Shown one piece after another: positions 58,777 through 64,000 of a stretch of 64,000 nucleotides of DNA (position 1 is the stretch's first letter; each line of letters opens with the position of its first letter). Made by a program: the position numbers and the translations under genes. The notes beneath the pieces are model-generated. The model did no database searches. It was not told the origin of the DNA and saw only the letters and a list, made by a program, of their open reading frames with translations. This DNA comes from an uncultured Gammaproteobacteria bacterium. Its GTDB lineage: Bacteria; Pseudomonadota; Gammaproteobacteria; Steroidobacterales; Steroidobacteraceae. The stretch spans positions 964-64,963 of the forward strand of contig CAVOGD010000005.1 in the NCBI GenBank assembly GCA_963695155.1, read 5' to 3'.

Positions 58777-60468
58777 ATGAACGACAGACCCAGCTTCGTG
58801 CACGGCGCCAGCGACGTCCCGCTGCGCTACCTGACCGTCGGCGCATTGCTCGACGAAACCGTCGCGCGCCATGGCGACCGCGAGGCGCTCGTCGTGCCCC
58901 ACCAGCGGGTGCGCTGGACCTATCGCGAACTTGCGCAGCGGGCGGAGCGGTTCGCAGCGGGCCTGTACCGGCTGGGCATCCGGCCCGGCGACCGGGTCGG
59001 CATCTGGTCGCCGAACAATGCCGAGTGGGTCGTCACACAGCTGGCGACCGCCCGGCTCGGCGCGATCCTGGTCAACATCAACCCGGCCTACCGCCTGGCG
59101 GAACTCGAATTCGTGCTGAACAACGTCGGTTGCCGCACGCTGGTGCTGGCCGACGAGTTCAAGAGCAGCGACTACGTCGCCATGATCCGCGAGCTGGCGC
59201 CCGAGCTGGGCAGCTGCATGCCGGGAGCGCTGACGTCCGGCCGGCTGCCGACGCTGCAGCACGTCATCCACCTCGGCGCCGACGCCCTGCCAGGCTTCCT
59301 GCGCTTCGAGGACGTCGACCGCCTGGGCGATCCCGCCGACCGCGAGGACATCGCGGCGCTCGCCGCGCGGCTGCAGCCCGACGACCCGATCAACATCCAG
59401 TTCACGAGCGGCACGACCGGGCTGCCGAAGGGCGCGACGCTCACGCATTGCAACATCGTCAACAACGGCTACTTCGTGGCCGAGGGCATGAGCTTCACGG
59501 AGCAGGACCGGCTGTGCATCCCGGTGCCGCTGTATCACTGCTTCGGCATGGTGCTGGGCGTGCTGGGCTGCGTGAGCCATGGCGCGGCCATGATCTTCCC
59601 TGGCGCGGCATTCGAGGCCGGCAGCGTGCTGGCGGCGGTCCAGGCGGAGCGCTGCACCGCGCTGTACGGCGTGCCGACCATGTTCATCGCCGTGCTCGAG
59701 CACCCCGACTTCCGGGGCGCCGATTTCTCGTCCCTGCGCACGGGCGTGATGGCCGGTGCGCCGTGCCCGGTCGAGGTGATGAAGCGCGTCGTCAGCGAAA
59801 TGAACATGCAGCAGGTGACGATCGCCTATGGCATGACCGAGACCAGCCCGGTGAGCTTCCAGAGCGGGCCGCACGACTCGCTGGAGCGGCGGGTCGGGAC
59901 GGTCGGCCGCGTGCACCCGCACGTGCAGGTCAAGATCGTGGACGAGGCCGGCCGCGTGGTGCCGCGCGGGCAGAAAGGCGAGCTGCTGACGCGCGGCTAC
60001 AGCGTCATGAAGGGCTACTGGGAGGACGAGGAGAAGACCCGCAGGTCCATCGACGCGGACGGCTGGATGCACAGCGGCGACCTGGCGACGCTCGACGACG
60101 AGGGTTACTGCAACATCGTCGGACGGGTCAAGGACATGATCATCCGCGGCGGCGAGAACATCTTCCCCGCGGAGATCGAGGATTACCTGTTCCGGCACCC
60201 GAAGATCCAGGACGCACAGGTCTTCGGCGTCCCGCACGAACGCCTCGGCGAGGCGGTTTGCGCCTGGATCCGCCTCAAGCCCGGCCAGTCGTGCACCGAG
60301 GAAGAGGTGCTCGCGTTCTGTCGCGGCCAGATCGCCCACTACAAGATCCCGCTGTACATCCGCTTCGTGGACGACTACCCGATGACGGTCACCGGCAAGG
60401 TGCAGAAATTCGTCATGCGCGAGCGGATGGCGGCGGAGCTGGGGCTACGGGCGGCGCAGACGGCCTGA
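58777..60468 (+). CDS. AMP-binding acyl-CoA synthetase (fatty-acid-CoA ligase)
   Basis: [51 protein letters not shown], and the terminal TGKVQKF. Confidence 0.9.
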   Translation: MNDRPSFVHGASDVPLRYLTVGALLDETVARHGDREALVVPHQRVRWTYRELAQRAERFAAGLYRLGIRPGDRVGIWSPNNAEWVVTQLATARLGAILVNINPAYRLAELEFVLNNVGCRTLVLADEFKSSDYVAMIRELAPELGSCMPGALTSGRLPTLQHVIHLGADALPGFLRFEDVDRLGDPADREDIAALAARLQPDDPINIQFTSGTTGLPKGATLTHCNIVNNGYFVAEGMSFTEQDRLCIPVPLYHCFGMVLGVLGCVSHGAAMIFPGAAFEAGSVLAAVQAERCTALYGVPTMFIAVLEHPDFRGADFSSLRTGVMAGAPCPVEVMKRVVSEMNMQQVTIAYGMTETSPVSFQSGPHDSLERRVGTVGRVHPHVQVKIVDEAGRVVPRGQKGELLTRGYSVMKGYWEDEEKTRRSIDADGWMHSGDLATLDDEGYCNIVGRVKDMIIRGGENIFPAEIEDYLFRHPKIQDAQVFGVPHERLGEAVCAWIRLKPGQSCTEEEVLAFCRGQIAHYKIPLYIRFVDDYPMTVTGKVQKFVMRERMAAELGLRAAQTA

Positions 60469-60573
60469 GTCCGGCAATCCCGATCCCCTGAGGGCGCCCA
60501 GCCGCCGCCACGGCGGCCGACCCTGGCATATGATGCGCTCGCCGCCGCTGGCGCCCTTCACAGGACCCTCACC

Positions 60574-62214
60574 ATGCGTCTCGCCGCCGGAGTACTCGCC
60601 ATGACCTTGATCGCCACCAGTCCGGGTACGTCCGCCGCCGCCGGCGACGCCGGATCCGCCGGCTACGAGCAGTTGCTCGCGCTGTTCACAGAGTGGCGGT
60701 CCTTCGAGCAGCCCAAGCCCCGCAACGGCGCGCCCGACTACACGGCCGCGACGCTGGAGCGCCAGCACGCGGAGTTGAAGTCCTGGCAGGCGCGGCTGGC
60801 CGCGATCGACCCGGGCGGCTGGCCCGTCGAAAGGCAGGTGGACTGGCACCTCGTACGGGCTGAGATGAACGGCTTCGACTTCAACCTCCGCGTCCTCAAG
60901 CCGTGGCAGCGCGACCCCGCCTTCTACAAGACCGTGTGGACCGAGCAAAGCGACACGCCGGCGCACGAAGGCCCGACGCATCACCAGGCGGTTGAGCTGT
61001 GGACCTATGCCTTTCCGTTGTCGCCCGCCGCCGAGGCCGAACTCGCCGCCGGGCTCGGCATCATCCCGCCGTTGCTCGAGCAGGCCCGCATGAACCTCAC
61101 CGGCAATGCGCGGGACCTATGGGTCTCCGGCGTCGGCACACTCCGCCAGCAGGTCGCCGATCTCGACGCACTCGCCGGTTCGCTACCGGGGGCGACGCCG
61201 GCGCTGCGGCAGGCGCTGCACGAGGCGCGGCAGGCGACCGTCGAATTCGTCTCCTGGCTCGAGCAGCAGGCACCCGCCAAGACCGGCCCGTCCGGCATCG
61301 GCAAGGACCACTACACCTGGAACCTGCGGAACGTTCACCTCGTGCCGCTGACCTGGGAGGAGGAAGTCGTGATCCTCGAACGCGAGCTCGCTCGCGCGCA
61401 TGCCGCGCTGCGGATCGAGGAGCACCGCAACCGCGACCTGCCGCCGCTGCAGGCGATCGGCAGTCCCGAGGAATTCGAGCGCCGCACTGACCAGGCGGTC
61501 GGCAAGTACATGGCGTTCCTGCGGGACCGCGAGGTACTTCACGTGCGCGACTACATGGAACCCGCCCTGCGCGCGAAGCGCGGCAGCTTCGTGCCCGTGG
61601 AGCAGCGCAACTTCTTCTGGATCGCGACGCACCTCGAGCCGATGACCTTGTACACGCACTTCTATCACTGGTGGGACCTGGCCCGCATGCGCGAGGACCC
61701 GCACCCCAGCCCGATCCGCCGCGGGCCATTGCTCTACAACATCTGGGACAGCCGTGCCGAGGGCGTGGCGACGGGGATGGAAGAGATCGTGATGCACGCC
61801 GGGTATTACGACGACAACCCGCGTGCGCGGGAGATCGTCTGGATCATGCTGGCGCAGCGCGCGGCGCGCGGCCTCGGCTCGCTGTACGCGCACGCCAACG
61901 AGTTCACGATGAAGCAGGCCGCGGACTTCCACGTTGCCTGGACGCCGCGCGGCTGGATGCGCGAGGACCTGGACCTGCTGGGATTCGAGCAGCAGCTGTA
62001 CCTGCGCCAGCCGGGTTACGGCACCAGCTACGTGACCGGCAAGCACCTCCTGGACACACTGCTCAAGGACCGCTCGCGCCAACTCGGGGACGGCTTCACG
62101 CTGGCGCGCTTCTTCGAGGAGGTGGACGCGGCCGGGATGATCCCCGTCTCGCTGCTGCGCTGGCAGCTGACGGGCGACGGCGACGAGATCCGGTCCCTGA
62201 CCAGCAACCCGTGA
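60574..62214 (+). CDS. secreted DUF885-like protein
   Basis: Signal MRLAAGVLAMTLIATSPGTSAAA. The C-terminal region (...YLRQPGYGTSYVTGKHLLDTLLKD) resembles DUF885 as I recall it. The family call is tentative. Confidence 0.55.
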   Translation: MRLAAGVLAMTLIATSPGTSAAAGDAGSAGYEQLLALFTEWRSFEQPKPRNGAPDYTAATLERQHAELKSWQARLAAIDPGGWPVERQVDWHLVRAEMNGFDFNLRVLKPWQRDPAFYKTVWTEQSDTPAHEGPTHHQAVELWTYAFPLSPAAEAELAAGLGIIPPLLEQARMNLTGNARDLWVSGVGTLRQQVADLDALAGSLPGATPALRQALHEARQATVEFVSWLEQQAPAKTGPSGIGKDHYTWNLRNVHLVPLTWEEEVVILERELARAHAALRIEEHRNRDLPPLQAIGSPEEFERRTDQAVGKYMAFLRDREVLHVRDYMEPALRAKRGSFVPVEQRNFFWIATHLEPMTLYTHFYHWWDLARMREDPHPSPIRRGPLLYNIWDSRAEGVATGMEEIVMHAGYYDDNPRAREIVWIMLAQRAARGLGSLYAHANEFTMKQAADFHVAWTPRGWMREDLDLLGFEQQLYLRQPGYGTSYVTGKHLLDTLLKDRSRQLGDGFTLARFFEEVDAAGMIPVSLLRWQLTGDGDEIRSLTSNP

Positions 62215-62339
62215 GGGGGATCGCGGCCGTACCTGTGTCTTTCATGCCACAGTAGCTACGGCTCCTGGATTAAGGTATACATTCGTGCTGTAACAGTCGC
62301 GTCGCGATTGTTGCGCTACTACCAATGAGGGGGAAATTC

Positions 62340-64000
62340 ATGACTACCAGAACCTCGCTTGCCGGAGCGGTCCGGCTGGCGATAGGCGGAGCTGTCGGAC
62401 TGTCCGCAGCCTTGGCAGCGCCCTTGGCACTGGCACAGGTGGAGGAAATCGTCGTCACCGGCTCACGCATTGCGCGCGCCGGCGATTTCGAGAGCGCGTC
62501 GCCGGTGATCACCGTGGACCGCGAGACCATCCTGCAGTCGGGCTACAACAACCTGCAGCAGCTGCTGGAGAAGATCCCGGCCTCCGGGAACGGCACCTTC
62601 TCGACCCGCGGCAACAACCAGGACTCGACCGCGAACGGCGCATCGGCCATCAGCCTGCGCGGCCTCGGCGCGGACGCCACGTTGGTGCTGGTCAACGGCC
62701 GCCGCGTCTCGATCAGCCCGTTCGGCGAGAGCATCACGACCAACTTCGTCGACATCAACGCCATCCCGGTGTCCGCGATCGAGCGCGTCGAGGTCCTGAA
62801 GGACGGCGCCTCGGCCGTGTACGGCTCCGACGCGGTCGCAGGCGTGATCAACATCGTGCTGCGCAAGGACTTCGAGGGCTTCGAGGTCACTGCCGGCTAC
62901 GGCGACGTCACCAGCGGCAGCAATTCCGAGACCACGGCCTCGGCCATCTGGGGCACTGGCAGCGACAATGGCAACGTCACGGTGATCTTCGACTACTTCA
63001 AGAACAGCACGCTATACAACACGGAGCGCGGTTCGCTGGCATCCGCCAACCAGACCGCGCGCGGTGGCGAGGACTTCCGCTCGTCCCGCGGTTATCCCGG
63101 CAGCTTCGTCGTGAACGGCGTGAACACCAGGGATCCGAGCTGCCCGCCGGAGCGCAGCAGCGGCGCCAACTGCCTTTTCGACTACGGCCCCTTCAACCTG
63201 CTGACGCCTGAATCGGAGCGCAGCGGTCTCGTGATGCTGGGTCACCGGGATTTCGGCGGCGTGGAGTTGTTCGCCGAGTTTGCGGCGCAACACAACACCT
63301 CGATCGCCCAGGGCGCACCCACGCCGCTCGACGGAGACGCCGGGCTGACCGTGCCGATCACGCACCCGAACAACCCGTTCCCGACGGCGACCGGGGTCAT
63401 CGGCATCCGGCGCTACCGGACGGTGGACGCCGGCCCGCGTCAGTGGGACATCGAGACCGACAACCTGCGCGCGCTGGTCGGCCTGCGCGGCAGCATCAAC
63501 GACTGGGACTGGGAGGTGGCGGCGCAGCGCGGCCGCAGCGAATCGGAGCAGAGCGGCGACCGTTCGATGGGCTGGGTGCGCACCGATTTCCTGCAGGCTG
63601 AGATCAACGCCGGTCGCTACAACCCGTTCGGCGCCACCGTCAACCCACAGTCGGTGATCGACAGCATCACCACCAGCCTCGTACGCCGCGGCAAGTCCGA
63701 CCTGACCGCCCTCGATGCGACGATCAGCGGCGAGCTGTTCGACATGTCGGCCGGTCCGGTCATGATGGCTGCGGGCCTCGAGTACCGCGACGAGAGCGTC
63801 TCCGACGTGCCGGACGACCAGTTCCAGCGCGGCCTGATCTTCGGCACCGAGTCGGTGTCGGCGTCGGCCCAGCGGGATAACTGGTCGGCCTTCGTCGAGT
63901 TCTCGGTGCCGCTGCTCGACAACCTGGAGTTGTCGGTCGCCGGCCGCTACGACGACTACAGCGACTTCGGCGACACCTTCAATCCCAAGGTCGCTCTGCG
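62340..64000 (+). CDS. TonB-dependent receptor, 5' partial (continues beyond window end)
   Basis: Signal ...LAAPLALAQ. TonB-box/plug is VEEIVVTGSRIARAG, with ISLRGLGADATLVLVNGRR and IERVEVLKDGASAVYGSDAVAGVINIVLRK. The frame is open to the window end and is not in the ORF track because it has no stop. Confidence 0.9.
   Translation, partial: MTTRTSLAGAVRLAIGGAVGLSAALAAPLALAQVEEIVVTGSRIARAGDFESASPVITVDRETILQSGYNNLQQLLEKIPASGNGTFSTRGNNQDSTANGASAISLRGLGADATLVLVNGRRVSISPFGESITTNFVDINAIPVSAIERVEVLKDGASAVYGSDAVAGVINIVLRKDFEGFEVTAGYGDVTSGSNSETTASAIWGTGSDNGNVTVIFDYFKNSTLYNTERGSLASANQTARGGEDFRSSRGYPGSFVVNGVNTRDPSCPPERSSGANCLFDYGPFNLLTPESERSGLVMLGHRDFGGVELFAEFAAQHNTSIAQGAPTPLDGDAGLTVPITHPNNPFPTATGVIGIRRYRTVDAGPRQWDIETDNLRALVGLRGSINDWDWEVAAQRGRSESEQSGDRSMGWVRTDFLQAEINAGRYNPFGATVNPQSVIDSITTSLVRRGKSDLTALDATISGELFDMSAGPVMMAAGLEYRDESVSDVPDDQFQRGLIFGTESVSASAQRDNWSAFVEFSVPLLDNLELSVAGRYDDYSDFGDTFNPKVAL

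Overview
64-kb segment of a high-G+C proteobacterial chromosome. The gene content (TonB-dependent receptor, AsmA, MutY-YggX, ECF sigma) suggests a Xanthomonadales/Nevskiales-like Gammaproteobacterium, but the taxon is inference only. A tRNA-Phe (21242-21317, minus strand) splits the window.

LEFT of the tRNA (1-21.2 kb) is a mosaic accessory region with visibly lower G+C. It contains:
- a 43-aa stub of a tyrosine integrase next to the tRNA
- a decayed IS3/IS407-like element
- a truncated lipid cluster (acyl-AMP ligase-dehydratase, ACP, acyltransferase, GT2)
- a tetR gene translationally coupled to a DevBCA/MacAB-like ABC exporter
- a GGDEF-EAL sensor with four frameshifts
- a B12-binding radical SAM (DUF4070-type) gene
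- many small envelope/stress proteins (BON, CsbD, lmo0937, three glycine-zipper paralogs, DUF2238) and two Crp/Fnr paralogs

RIGHT of the tRNA (21.4-64 kb) looks like core genome. It contains:
- an AhpD-like CMD protein and an alanine:cation symporter
- asmA-SRPBCC-mutY-yggX
- ECF sigma / anti-sigma / DUF4097
- AlaX and two tandem small cytochromes c
- FabH-like KAS III, a CBM9/DUF5916-like protein, apt, a serine hydrolase
- an ABCB-type exporter and a decayed S8 protease
- folE, an HD hydrolase, a DRG-like GTPase, cdd-deoA-deoB-deoD
- a five-gene operon (nfnA-like, gltD/nfnB-like, korA, korB, unknown ferredoxin-fusion protein)
- fatty-acid genes and a partial TonB-dependent receptor

Most notable observations:
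1. The kor/nfn operon ends in an uncharacterised 747-aa protein. It has a repeat-encoded Ala/Pro/Glu linker and a C-terminal single-cluster ferredoxin domain.
2. A bipartite motif, CGACCC(G/A)A-N9-GTCCGATGGTC(G/C)G, occurs three times in the same orientation. Two longer copies bracket the 7.4-kb efflux/GGDEF module beside tRNA-Phe.
3. About 20 frameshifts disrupt otherwise recognisable genes. Several sit at short G/C runs, so assembly error and real gene decay cannot be separated from the sequence alone.

I saw no CRISPR array, rRNA, prophage or recognisable defence system.
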